Below are positions 19,332 through 28,807 of a stretch of 64,000 bases of DNA, one piece after another. Both the position numbers and the translations under genes were made by a program. The notes under the pieces are model-generated. The model worked only from the letters and a program-made list of their open reading frames with translations. It did no database searches and had not been told where the DNA came from. Origin of the DNA: a virus; IMG/VR virus record IMGVR_UViG_3300045988_077625, positions 20,961 through 84,960 of that record, one strand, 5' to 3'. Every line of letters starts with the position of its first letter. Position 1 is the stretch's first letter.

Positions 19332-20575
19332 TTTTTAGACCATATACCAAAAGTCGCCATATCTTTTGGGATTAAATGAAAATAATCACTGTCTCCATTT
19401 TTTGAGACGAACTCATCATAATATTTCCACGAAGCACCTCTTGCTGTTTCGCCATATTCTGCAAGATACCCTGTTATATTCTTTTTATACTTTTTATAGC
19501 CATCAGCCTTCATTCCTCTACATTTACAAAATTCTTCAAATGTAAATGTTTTGAAAAAAGATGGTTGATTGCACCATGCCGCAATAGCATCATATAGCCC
19601 TCTGTATGGAGATTTTTTATAATTTTCATGTCTCATGACATATGGAAAAGCAGAATATTTAGATAGAATGAAAATGCGTTCAAATAGGTCAAATATATCA
19701 TTGAGCCAAAAATCATCATCATACCGATTTTCTCTATCAAAGCCACAAAAGCAATAAAATTTCATTTGTTTTTTCCAATTAGGGCAAGTTGAATATATTA
19801 AATTTAGTTTAGATTTAATTAAGTCTTTATCCTCAATATTATCAAAAGCGAAGATAAGATCACTATCATATTTCCACGTTTGAATTTCTTCTATTTTTTC
19901 TTTGGTGAGCAATCTTTCATCGAGCCCTTGTTTGAATTGAAACCGTCTACCAGTTGATTTTACAGAATTTATAATATTACGCCAGTCAGGACAAGCAAAG
20001 AAATTATCGTCAAGAAAACATAATTTAGGACGTGATATGTCTATAAATTCATCTAATGCAGAATGCGCACAGCATTTATTGTATATCTTATTAACACAAA
20101 ACTGACATTGACGGAAACAGCCTCTCGTCAAGAACCCAATAGAGTAATCGGTGTAATAAACAAATTCTTTTTGCTTTACACCATTAGCAATACAATTTGC
20201 AACCCATTCATCGTACAAATGATAATCCGGGATACAATGCTCTATATTATTAGGAAGTTTTGGTGCTTTCTCGTAGAAAAATCCAGTTCCGCCATATTCT
20301 ATTTTTGGGTTTTTTAAGAATGGATTGTTGGCATAATATTCTGCACAATTTGACTCAGTTTTTTCTATTGATTTGTCCTCCATAGGAATATCTGTCTTGA
20401 CAAAAACTTTAGAAATAAACACTTTGTCAAATCGTTCAATATCTTCATATGATAAACACAACCTAACATTGTCTCTTTGCGATTTATACCATGACGATAT
20501 TTTCATGCAAGCAAGATTCGGGAATCTATGTTTAGTTTGCCCGATAATTTCAGCGTCAATAATACCAACGTTCAA
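19328..20575 (-). CDS. radical SAM enzyme (possible B12-binding-like N-terminal domain)
   Basis: CFRQCQFC fits CxxxCxxC. TTG start overlaps the upstream stop (ATTTGAAC). Confidence 0.65.
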   Translation of the reverse strand: MNVGIIDAEIIGQTKHRFPNLACMKISSWYKSQRDNVRLCLSYEDIERFDKVFISKVFVKTDIPMEDKSIEKTESNCAEYYANNPFLKNPKIEYGGTGFFYEKAPKLPNNIEHCIPDYHLYDEWVANCIANGVKQKEFVYYTDYSIGFLTRGCFRQCQFCVNKIYNKCCAHSALDEFIDISRPKLCFLDDNFFACPDWRNIINSVKSTGRRFQFKQGLDERLLTKEKIEEIQTWKYDSDLIFAFDNIEDKDLIKSKLNLIYSTCPNWKKQMKFYCFCGFDRENRYDDDFWLNDIFDLFERIFILSKYSAFPYVMRHENYKKSPYRGLYDAIAAWCNQPSFFKTFTFEEFCKCRGMKADGYKKYKKNITGYLAEYGETARGASWKYYDEFVSKNGDSDYFHLIPKDMATFGIWSKK

Positions 20576-20751
20576 ATCTCACACACCACCATTCCGTTAT
20601 CTTGATATACGTTTTTAGCTTGCACATTATCAATCCAATCCCATCTATCGTCTTTGAGCTTTCCAAAATTTCTACAAACAACAAACCCTTTGCAAACAAC
20701 CATCATTTGAATATTATGAGGTAGTTCCATAAATACATCCCACACTGTCAT
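20572..20751 (-). CDS. small hypothetical protein (59 aa, below track cutoff)
   Basis: My translation is MTVWDVFMELPHNIQMM...VVCEI. GGAGG sits 8 nt upstream. Confidence 0.45.
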   Translation of the reverse strand: MTVWDVFMELPHNIQMMVVCKGFVVCRNFGKLKDDRWDWIDNVQAKNVYQDNGMVVCEI

Positions 20752-20782
20752 ATTGCGTATCCTCCGTTTATTTGATGGTTAT

Positions 20783-20811
20783 ATTATATAATAAAAAGGC
20801 GGGATTGTCAA
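20783..20811 (-). promoter_or_regulatory. sigma70-type promoter
   Basis: Minus strand reads TTGACA-17-TATAAT. The -35 sits in the loop of terminator 20793..20819. Confidence 0.6.
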
Positions 20812-20819
20812 GCCCCGCC
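20793..20819 (-). terminator. rho-independent terminator
   Basis: Minus strand reads GGCGGG-gcttgacaat-CCCGCC-TTTTT. Confidence 0.7.
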
Positions 20820-20836
20820 TTTAATATTTTTATAGA

Positions 20837-21463
20837 TTACATGAATGGATTATTTTCATCGGAATCATCCCAAGGATTTTCTGATTCAGCAGGAGTCGGC
20901 GTATCAGTAGGCGTAGTATTGAACACATCACCAAAATCAGGGATTGGGTCATTAGCAGGAGCAGTTGTAGTCTTAGTGGTGGTTAGCTCCTTTAGTGCAG
21001 GAATCTCATATTCGCCCTTTTCAATAGTTTCAACACTATGAACAGATGCAATATATGGGCGCTTACCAATACCGCCATTCTGCCGCTCATATTCTTCGGT
21101 TCCAATAACGACTCCGAACACCTTATTAACTAGCTTCTGTTCGTCCCACTCCCAATTAAAATTCTTATTCGACTTAGTTACGCTTGTAATAAACCCCTTA
21201 AAGAAAGGAAGCGCTTTATCTGAGTAGCTGCGTACTAGAACCCCATCACGAGGCCAATACTTTGTTTCACGCTTGTCTGCATCGTATAGCTTCTGATACC
21301 AATTTTTGTACTCGCCCTTGCACACGTCCAGTTCCATTCTTAAATAGCTTTTGTCTGGGTTATCGGTTACTTTCTTAATCCCTACAATGTAAGCGCCATC
21401 AGGGATTCTCTTAAACCCGCCACCATTTTCCTGAATCTTATCAAAATTAGCAATCTTTTTCAT
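20837..21463 (-). CDS. DUF669-like / SSB-like recombination accessory protein
   Basis: FKRIPDGAYIVGIKKV..CKGEYKNWY pattern recalled from DUF669. Acidic tail ends ..DDSDENNPFM, like an SSB tip. Adjacent to the Sak4-like ATPase. Confidence 0.45.
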   Translation of the reverse strand: MKKIANFDKIQENGGGFKRIPDGAYIVGIKKVTDNPDKSYLRMELDVCKGEYKNWYQKLYDADKRETKYWPRDGVLVRSYSDKALPFFKGFITSVTKSNKNFNWEWDEQKLVNKVFGVVIGTEEYERQNGGIGKRPYIASVHSVETIEKGEYEIPALKELTTTKTTTAPANDPIPDFGDVFNTTPTDTPTPAESENPWDDSDENNPFM

Positions 21464-21503
21464 ACTTTACATACCTCACATTATTTTTCAGTTTGTTTAT
21501 ATT

Positions 21504-22172
21504 TTACTCAGCTTTTTTAGCTGTAGTAGTAGATTTAGCCTTTGGCGTACTTGCCTTCTTTAGCCCATAATATTCTCTGATTGTATCATCAACCATCTTT
21601 AGATCGTTATCAATCTCAAGAGAATCAAACATCCCCATTGGCGACTTGCATGGATTCGAGCCGTCAGACTGTGTAATAAAATAATGCTTGCGCTCATCTG
21701 CTTTACATAGCAGGACAATACTAAACAGCCCCTCTACTGTGAGCTGCTGGTCTAGCATCTTACCAAGAGTCTTAGCCTTTACCTTACCGTTTTCATCAGT
21801 ATCAATATGCTGCATGATATATACAATCGTATCCGGACTTGTATCTTCCTGAACCGTGCGCAACATTTCCTCGTAGTTCTTAGCCATCGTGGTAAACTTG
21901 CCATATCCGACTTCATTTACCTTGTCAAAACTCTCAAATGCCATAAGATACTGAGCGTCATCTACGACCCAACTTAGCTTTTTGCCACTACATACTGCGC
22001 CTTTGATACTGGTATATGTGGCCTTGTTCATACTCTGTAACTTATTTACATTTCTGAATGGTAATGGCTTTGATGCCACATTTAGGATGCCAACATCCTC
22101 TTGCTTGAAATTTCTAAGTGACGCTGATTTGCCAGAGCCACTTTCACCTAAAATAAGAACTGCTACCCCAAT
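21504..22172 (-). CDS. RecA-fold (Sak4/AAA_24-like) ATPase; start probably ATT at 22172
   Basis: Walker A GESGSGKS lies upstream of the first GTG/ATG used by the track. The frame opens right after a TAA. The ATT follows GGAGG by 7 nt. Confidence 0.6.
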   Translation of the reverse strand: MGVAVLILGESGSGKSASLRNFKQEDVGILNVASKPLPFRNVNKLQSMNKATYTSIKGAVCSGKKLSWVVDDAQYLMAFESFDKVNEVGYGKFTTMAKNYEEMLRTVQEDTSPDTIVYIMQHIDTDENGKVKAKTLGKMLDQQLTVEGLFSIVLLCKADERKHYFITQSDGSNPCKSPMGMFDSLEIDNDLKMVDDTIREYYGLKKASTPKAKSTTTAKKAE

Positions 22173-22741
22173 TAAATTTCCTCCTTATATTTCCATCTAA
22201 ATCCATTAGATGTTTTTCTTTTATTTTTACAACATTCACAAATATGATTTGATTTATATCCAAGTGTTTCTATGGCTTCTTTAATGCTTTCCCACTCTCT
22301 TATAATTTCTCCGTCCAAATTCATTTGAATAACTGGTATTTTTATAGCGGGATTATTTTCTTTGAATTTTATGCTCAATTCATCATAGAACCATCTTTTA
22401 CGTTCAGCTCTTTTCTTATGTCCTTGATTATAAGATAAATTATATCCTTGTGTACACCATTCTAGGTTGTTTACATAATTGTTTAATTTGTTTTCGTCTT
22501 TATGGTTAACAATCGGAAGGTTTTCTGGATTTGATAAAAATGCTTCTGCTACAAGACGATGAACCAATAATCTTTTACCAACTTTGTTCTTAAAAAGCTG
22601 AACAGTTGCATATCTATTGTTACATATATTCCACTTTAATTTTTTCTTATATCGAAACAAACTCCGTACATTACCAAAATTACTTACTTCATACAATCCT
22701 TCATATCCAACCACATCTTTCCAAATTTCTTTTTCTTCCAT
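22172..22741 (-). CDS. HNH homing endonuclease (NUMOD4-like N-terminus)
   Basis: WKDVVGYEGLYEVSNFGNVRS; VHRLVAEAF; NHKDENKLNNYVNNLEW. Confidence 0.75.
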   Translation of the reverse strand: MEEKEIWKDVVGYEGLYEVSNFGNVRSLFRYKKKLKWNICNNRYATVQLFKNKVGKRLLVHRLVAEAFLSNPENLPIVNHKDENKLNNYVNNLEWCTQGYNLSYNQGHKKRAERKRWFYDELSIKFKENNPAIKIPVIQMNLDGEIIREWESIKEAIETLGYKSNHICECCKNKRKTSNGFRWKYKEEI

Positions 22742-22765
22742 ATGTATATATTCTCCTTATACAAG

Positions 22766-22803
22766 AAATATTAAAAGTGGAGAGTTGGTATAAGCAACTC
22801 TCC
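22766..22803 (-). terminator. terminator-like hairpin between a promoter and the HNH gene
   Basis: Minus strand reads GGAGAGTTG-cttatac-CAACTCTCC followed by ACTTTTAATATTT. Confidence 0.55.
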
Positions 22804-22844
22804 TAAATAATAGAAGTTAGCTACCCTCTATTAACCTTTCTTAT

Positions 22845-22873
22845 ATTATACCATAAAATTGTTTACTTGTCAA
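22845..22873 (-). promoter_or_regulatory. sigma70-type promoter (extended -10)
   Basis: Minus strand reads TTGACA-17-TATAAT with TGg. The -35 lies inside the last dnaE codons. Confidence 0.7.
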
Positions 22874-25800
22874 GTATTTTCCAACATTTTATAATATTTT
22901 CTTTTTCTCCTGTTTTTACCCACTCACCATCTTCACTTTTTTTATACTTATCTTTTTCTTGAATGACGGCTTTAATACAATCGCCAACGTTTATTGTATT
23001 CTTACTATAATATTGTCGATTTACTTTATGTGTTCTTTCAACACCAAAGCACAAATTATAAATTTTTACATAAACCGTACCATATCCTGTTGTCTTGACG
23101 TCTAGCACTAGCCAATCATTAGGGTCTGAATTTGGGTCATTGCCATCTACATATCCTAATAGCTCTATCTGCCATTTCAGCTTGTCAACAACGGTCGTTT
23201 TAGGCATTTTCATTGAGCGCAGAATTGCTAGGATAATGCCGCGATTATCAAGCTGACTAGCTGTTTTCTCTGTTAGCTTACCAGCATATGGCTTGAGCAT
23301 ATCTACATTATAACCCATTTCAGCCCATTTGTCAAGCTTAATTGTCTTGCATTTTGAAAATTTATTAAAAATCTCAATACCTAACAATAGTGCCTTAGCT
23401 GGGCCAAATTCTGTAAAATAACCAATCTTAACCAAAATGTCAAGTTGTCGCGCATCTGGCTTTGCTTCAAGCTGTTGGATGGCGAATAGCACATCAATAA
23501 AATTCTTGAACCGCATATCACGCATACCATATAATGCCTCAGCTACATCGGCGCTCATATACTTGATTGAGCCAAGCCCCTTATAGATTGTATTTTCATC
23601 TGCATCACAAAAATAATCTGAGCGAGAATGACGGAATTTAGGAGATTTTATTTTAATGCCGACCTTATGAGCATATGCCGTTAATGCCGCTGTCTTTTCC
23701 TCTTTGCCTTGATTGATATTCATAGCAACTGTAAGGAATTGAAGTGGATAATGGTATCTGAGCCAACCTGACACATATCCCTCATAGCTATATGGCTGAC
23801 TATGATTTAGAGAGAATAGATAATTGCTAGCATCAATAATAACTTGGATAAAATCAGCTATGACCTTATCTGATTCGTTTTGGTTCATATTGTGTCGCTC
23901 TGCCATTGTTTTAGCAAAACCAGCCTTGATTTGCGGTATATCCTTATCTGTACCAGTCTTTTTAGCAAAATGGCGGCGCACAACATCGGCTTCGCCCATA
24001 GTATAACCACAATATTCATGTAAGAATTGAATGATTTGACACTGGAATACAAGGTAGCCAAATGTCGGCTTCATAAATTCATCAATCGCCGCATTTCCAG
24101 ATTTACGGATAACGCCATTAGCAAGGTCATCACGATATGATGCACCGGCAGGACGAATTGCGCCATTACCGATTGATAGCAATGTCATATAGTCAATGTT
24201 TGGATTCAACGCCTTAAATTTCTGAATATTAGACTCAGATAAGAGCTGCTTGATATATCTATCACCAGTTGTGCCTTCCCACTGGAAGATAGCCGTAGTA
24301 TCATCTCTGATACTATCCCATACGGCTTTGTCATTTATATCAACATTGTCAGGCGTTAGACGCTCAATGCCAGCTAATTTACACGTCTCATTGATTAGTT
24401 CAATGGTATCAAGCTTGAGCAAATCTAGCTTGACATAATTCTGTAAATCAACCTCTTTCATATTGATTTGGCTGATTGGTACATCATCTGTTGACGTAGT
24501 AAATAATCCCATACGGTCATCAATAGAATGAGGTGATACAACTAAGCCGCAAGGATGGTTGCCAACTGAAACAACGCAACCATTTACAATATCGACATAT
24601 TTGAATAGCTCCGGATATTTAACACGGCATTTGTCCTCGTCTTGTTCTACGGCATTACATATTTGCCCCACTTCATCAAGTGGCATTTCCAACGCTCTGC
24701 CAACATCACGAATAGCGCCTTTTAAAGCAATCGTATTAAATGTGACAATATCAGAACAATACAACCCATGCTTGTTAAATATATATTGCTTGACCTCGTT
24801 GATTCTGCTAGGAGGAAAATCTGTATCAATATCCGACAGCGATACGCGCTCCGTATTCATGAATCGCTCAAAATTAAGCCCATGCTTGATGCTATCCATC
24901 TCAGTAATACCAAGCAGATAAGCAATGACTGAACCGTTGCATGAACCGCGCCCATATCCTACAAGAATGTCCTGCGTCTTGCACCATGCTATAATGTCCT
25001 CCATGAGCAGCATAAAGTCAATCGCGCCATTATGGACATATGCTTTCATCTCGTATTCAATGCGGTCTATGTATTCTTGATAATTAGGCAGCTTGTCAAC
25101 ACCGCGCCACACAATACCATCTGCGATCTTAGCTCTAAGAACAGCCTCGCTATCATCGCCCCATAGATGCGGATACTTATAGCTATAATCAAGCTCGAAC
25201 GGCTCAATCATATCAGCTACAGTATTCGTCATCTCAATAGCATCCAAGTACACATCTATAGGCAGCGCGTCCTGCATACGGCATAATTGCACCAACTCAT
25301 CATAACTCATCATTTCAAGATGAAATTTATCTTCACCGTCAAAATGAATATTCTTGGCTTTTTGTAGAATTTTGCGCCCATCTACATGAGTAGAATTGAG
25401 CGCATGAGTATCAGTACACATCAATAGCCGCAAACCGCTTTGTTTAGATAGCGCCCATAATGTATTGTTATAACTCTTTTGAGCGGGGTCAAGATGAGGC
25501 TGAATCTCAAGAAAACATCTGTCTTTGTGTTCACATAACCAATGGTAAAAATCCCATCGGACATCATCTGGCGCTTTGTTTAATACGCCGCCAAGACAAG
25601 CCGTAGATACAATGATATTATCACTGACATTCTTTACATCCTCAATCGTAATTCGTGGCACATAATAGAATGAATTATCGTCACGATTAAATGCCTTACT
25701 TGATAACCTGTTCAGCTCTAATACGCCATCATAATTTTTAGCAATTAACAGACAGTGGTAATTATCACGGATTTTTTCTGATAGGGTCTGAGTTAGATAA

Positions 25801-26021
25801 AATTCCTGAGCGTGGATATATTTCATACCCATTTCTTCTGTATGCAATTTCTTCTTTACCCATTGAAATACAGAACCATGCTCAGAAAACGCCATTGCCT
25901 TCATTCCTAGCTCTGCGGCGCGGTCTATATATTGGTCATATCGTGTTACAGAATCTATATTGGTTACGCCATTAGATAGCATAGAATGGATATGAAGGAT
26001 TGTATAATTTTCGTTCATCAT
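22863..26021 (-). CDS. dnaE: DnaE-type DNA polymerase III alpha subunit
   Basis: N-terminal PHP domain (ILHIHSMLSNG, AFSEHG). 1052 aa. Replication gene context. Confidence 0.8.
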   Translation of the reverse strand: MMNENYTILHIHSMLSNGVTNIDSVTRYDQYIDRAAELGMKAMAFSEHGSVFQWVKKKLHTEEMGMKYIHAQEFYLTQTLSEKIRDNYHCLLIAKNYDGVLELNRLSSKAFNRDDNSFYYVPRITIEDVKNVSDNIIVSTACLGGVLNKAPDDVRWDFYHWLCEHKDRCFLEIQPHLDPAQKSYNNTLWALSKQSGLRLLMCTDTHALNSTHVDGRKILQKAKNIHFDGEDKFHLEMMSYDELVQLCRMQDALPIDVYLDAIEMTNTVADMIEPFELDYSYKYPHLWGDDSEAVLRAKIADGIVWRGVDKLPNYQEYIDRIEYEMKAYVHNGAIDFMLLMEDIIAWCKTQDILVGYGRGSCNGSVIAYLLGITEMDSIKHGLNFERFMNTERVSLSDIDTDFPPSRINEVKQYIFNKHGLYCSDIVTFNTIALKGAIRDVGRALEMPLDEVGQICNAVEQDEDKCRVKYPELFKYVDIVNGCVVSVGNHPCGLVVSPHSIDDRMGLFTTSTDDVPISQINMKEVDLQNYVKLDLLKLDTIELINETCKLAGIERLTPDNVDINDKAVWDSIRDDTTAIFQWEGTTGDRYIKQLLSESNIQKFKALNPNIDYMTLLSIGNGAIRPAGASYRDDLANGVIRKSGNAAIDEFMKPTFGYLVFQCQIIQFLHEYCGYTMGEADVVRRHFAKKTGTDKDIPQIKAGFAKTMAERHNMNQNESDKVIADFIQVIIDASNYLFSLNHSQPYSYEGYVSGWLRYHYPLQFLTVAMNINQGKEEKTAALTAYAHKVGIKIKSPKFRHSRSDYFCDADENTIYKGLGSIKYMSADVAEALYGMRDMRFKNFIDVLFAIQQLEAKPDARQLDILVKIGYFTEFGPAKALLLGIEIFNKFSKCKTIKLDKWAEMGYNVDMLKPYAGKLTEKTASQLDNRGIILAILRSMKMPKTTVVDKLKWQIELLGYVDGNDPNSDPNDWLVLDVKTTGYGTVYVKIYNLCFGVERTHKVNRQYYSKNTINVGDCIKAVIQEKDKYKKSEDGEWVKTGEKENIIKCWKILDK

Positions 26022-26659
26022 TTATGTTTCACCGGCATAACCACACCATCACTATTTTCAGTCTTGAGATAAATCGGGCTGATTCTATTTGCTGCATACG
26101 CCTTACAATCAGGCAGACATTCCATAGCATTAAGCAAATACTGCGGATTGACCCAAAGATTCAATTCCTCATTGAGCAGATAATCAGCTACCTTCTTAGG
26201 ATTATTCTTTTCCTTGATTTTATGTGTCTTGATATATACCTTGAGTTTGCCAATATCAGGAAGGGTAATTTCTTTTCCAAAATCAGGCTTTCTAACAATA
26301 TATTCAAGTTGCATTTCCTGTCCATGATATTTTTCATCAATTTCAGGTAGAAGCTGCTTTTCATTGAATCTAATAGCTACAAAACCATCGCATACACAAT
26401 ATTTTGTTTCACCGTATTTATCTTTGTTCTCGAACATGCCTTCAAGCACAGGACGCTTGCGAGATTCAGCGTTCTTGAGGATACGATTTGCCGCAGTCAC
26501 AATCGACTTAGTACCAGATTTCTTAGATTGCTCAAGAAGCATATCAGATTCAAGAGATTTGAGAACGTCCAGCATTTCATTCTCCATCATAAGAAATCCT
26601 TCATCGTGAATCTTAATGCTCCAAGATTTGATAATGTCATACAATTTTTCAGTAGTCAT
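26018..26659 (-). CDS. hypothetical; C-terminus faintly beta-clamp-like
   Basis: ATG (MTTEKLY) follows AAGGGGG. Ends ..SPIYLKTENSDGVVMPVKHK, which recalls DnaN C-termini. Overlaps the dnaE start. Confidence 0.4.
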   Translation of the reverse strand: MTTEKLYDIIKSWSIKIHDEGFLMMENEMLDVLKSLESDMLLEQSKKSGTKSIVTAANRILKNAESRKRPVLEGMFENKDKYGETKYCVCDGFVAIRFNEKQLLPEIDEKYHGQEMQLEYIVRKPDFGKEITLPDIGKLKVYIKTHKIKEKNNPKKVADYLLNEELNLWVNPQYLLNAMECLPDCKAYAANRISPIYLKTENSDGVVMPVKHK

Positions 26660-26691
26660 AACAACAACCGCCCCCTTCATTTGATACTTGG

Positions 26692-26720
26692 ATTATATCA
26701 TAGATTGGAGCGGTTGTCAA
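26692..26720 (-). promoter_or_regulatory. sigma70-type promoter (extended -10)
   Basis: Minus strand reads TTGACA-17-TATAAT with TGa. Confidence 0.7.
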
Positions 26721-26726
26721 GAGTGT

Positions 26727-26933
26727 TTATTTAATTTTTTCTACAGGTTCTCTAACAAATTCAAAATATTGTGGCATTTCAGGTAATATTCTAACATTTC
26801 GTCCTACTAAGTGAAGCCGCAGTTCTGACAATAGCATATTAACTTGCTTACAACTTAAATTCTCGTTAAATCTAACAATATATGTGCCACCATCTTGTAG
26901 AGATTTGACGGTTCTAATTTCTTCATCATTCAT
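26727..26933 (-). CDS. hypothetical protein
   Basis: Track ORF. Confidence 0.5.
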   Translation of the reverse strand: MNDEEIRTVKSLQDGGTYIVRFNENLSCKQVNMLLSELRLHLVGRNVRILPEMPQYFEFVREPVEKIK

Positions 26934-28339
26934 ATGAATATCCTCTGGTCTTGATTTACTGCTACAACCCTACTTGATTTACCTTGTTTGATTAGCTCGT
27001 CTTGTAGTGTATTGGCAAATTCTACTTTATTCTCATAGTTACCATGTACTAAACAGAGTTTGTTGAAACGCAATGTATTTGCATAGTAATCAATTAACTC
27101 ATCACGAGAAGCATGAGACGAGAACGACACAAGCTCTGTGATATTAGCATTGTTCTCGACTACATCCCTCTCAATGTTAATCTTGTTCTCTCCGAATCTA
27201 ATCTTAGAAGCAAGTGTATTGTCAGAACTATAACCACAGAATATGATATGAGCATTATGATCTGGCAATAAAGCCTTTGCCCATGACACGCTTTTTCCTC
27301 CGGATAGCATACCTGCCGAGCTAAGCACCACCATAGGATTGGTCGGTTTTGTATTTTGTAGCGTCAATGTAGCAGCATGGTCAGGCACGAATTGTAACCT
27401 TTCCCAATGATACACCTCATTCCATAATTCATCATCGTCTGGATACAATGCGCATATTTTTTGCGCCATAGGTGAATCTACATATACTTTAATATCATTT
27501 GGAATCTTTTTATCTTTCCATAGTTGATACAACACGGTTAAGATACTTTGGCATCTTCCCAATGCAAATACAGGGAATAATGTTCTCTTGGACTGATTTA
27601 ACACAGCTACAATTTTCTCTAAATCTTTCTGCCTATCATATGGTTTGTTATTTCGCCCAATAGCGTTATATGTATTTTCACCAAGCAACATATCACAAAA
27701 CGGCAAATTGACTCTTGGTTCAAGATAGAATTGTGGCGTTTTGCCGCCAATGTCCCCAGTAAAGTTCAATACCTTGCACTGATAACCTTGTGTAATAGCA
27801 AGTGATAATTGGCATGAATTGATAATATGATTAGCTGGATAATATGTTAAAGTAATATTTGACGTTAGATTATATTGAGTTAGTGGGTTAACTTCAATAC
27901 ACCTGCTTAAAGCTGTCGCAATATCATCAGGAGTATATAACGGAGCAACTTTAATGCCGTGTTTGTTTGTAATCTTTTGACAATCTTGTGTCATAATCTT
28001 ACAAGAATCTTCCCACAATACTTTGAGATAAGCCGTAGTTCCTTTTGGGCATATGATATGAGTTTGGCATCCTTTAGCATATAATGCAGGAACAAGACAG
28101 GTGTGATCTGCATGAGCTTCATGTAGAATGAGCCAATCTACCTCCCTTGGTTTAATTTTTTTAAGCAATGACTGGTTCTGTCTATAGTTAGTAAGAATAT
28201 CACTCTCTTGGTAAATACCACAATCTAGCATGATGCAATATTTTTGAAAACGAACAAGATAGCATGATTGTGTTACTCCAACAGCAGATGCACCAATACA
28301 CTTGAGATATGGCTTGGCGGTGCCGTTACCTGATACCAT
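26930..28339 (-). CDS. metallo-beta-lactamase fold / beta-CASP-like nuclease
   Basis: HEAHADH fits HxHxDH. About 470 aa. Confidence 0.65.
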   Translation of the reverse strand: MVSGNGTAKPYLKCIGASAVGVTQSCYLVRFQKYCIMLDCGIYQESDILTNYRQNQSLLKKIKPREVDWLILHEAHADHTCLVPALYAKGCQTHIICPKGTTAYLKVLWEDSCKIMTQDCQKITNKHGIKVAPLYTPDDIATALSRCIEVNPLTQYNLTSNITLTYYPANHIINSCQLSLAITQGYQCKVLNFTGDIGGKTPQFYLEPRVNLPFCDMLLGENTYNAIGRNNKPYDRQKDLEKIVAVLNQSKRTLFPVFALGRCQSILTVLYQLWKDKKIPNDIKVYVDSPMAQKICALYPDDDELWNEVYHWERLQFVPDHAATLTLQNTKPTNPMVVLSSAGMLSGGKSVSWAKALLPDHNAHIIFCGYSSDNTLASKIRFGENKINIERDVVENNANITELVSFSSHASRDELIDYYANTLRFNKLCLVHGNYENKVEFANTLQDELIKQGKSSRVVAVNQDQRIFI

Positions 28340-28529
28340 TCACGTCATCCTTCCTCATCTTTAATACATTTCTCAGCACACAATCCATACAATTCAAATC
28401 AGCGTCATTCCACATTTTATCTCTCTGTGCTGTCATGCGTGGGTCAATTTTTACATATTTGTCGCAATCAGATTGATAATCACAACGCATACATGGAATT
28501 TCCATAAGCATTTGAGGTCTACGGCTCAT
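28326..28529 (-). CDS. hypothetical Cys-rich protein
   Basis: Track ORF. Confidence 0.45.
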   Translation of the reverse strand: MSRRPQMLMEIPCMRCDYQSDCDKYVKIDPRMTAQRDKMWNDADLNCMDCVLRNVLKMRKDDVNGIR

Positions 28530-28807
28530 TCATATTCCTCCTCATAATCAGGTTCGCTTACTTGGAATCCAATAGCTTGAGTAATAGCAGGACTAGGCGC
28601 AATTTTCTCAACGGCCGCTTCATGTTCTGCCTTATCAAGCTCTAGCTCAAGCGACATGCGGTTTATCTTTGCATTGATAGCTGACTGTACCAAGTCCACA
28701 ATTGAGCTGCACAAAGGCAACAGAGAACTTACAAATAGAACTGCGCCTCCTGCAATCCATAATGGCGTTAAATTATTCTCTCTTTTCACTACGAGCATTA
28801 ACCTCAT
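28526..28807 (-). CDS. hypothetical membrane protein
   Basis: Hydrophobic segment LWIAGGAVLFVSSLLPL. Confidence 0.45.
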   Translation of the reverse strand: MRLMLVVKRENNLTPLWIAGGAVLFVSSLLPLCSSIVDLVQSAINAKINRMSLELELDKAEHEAAVEKIAPSPAITQAIGFQVSEPDYEEEYE

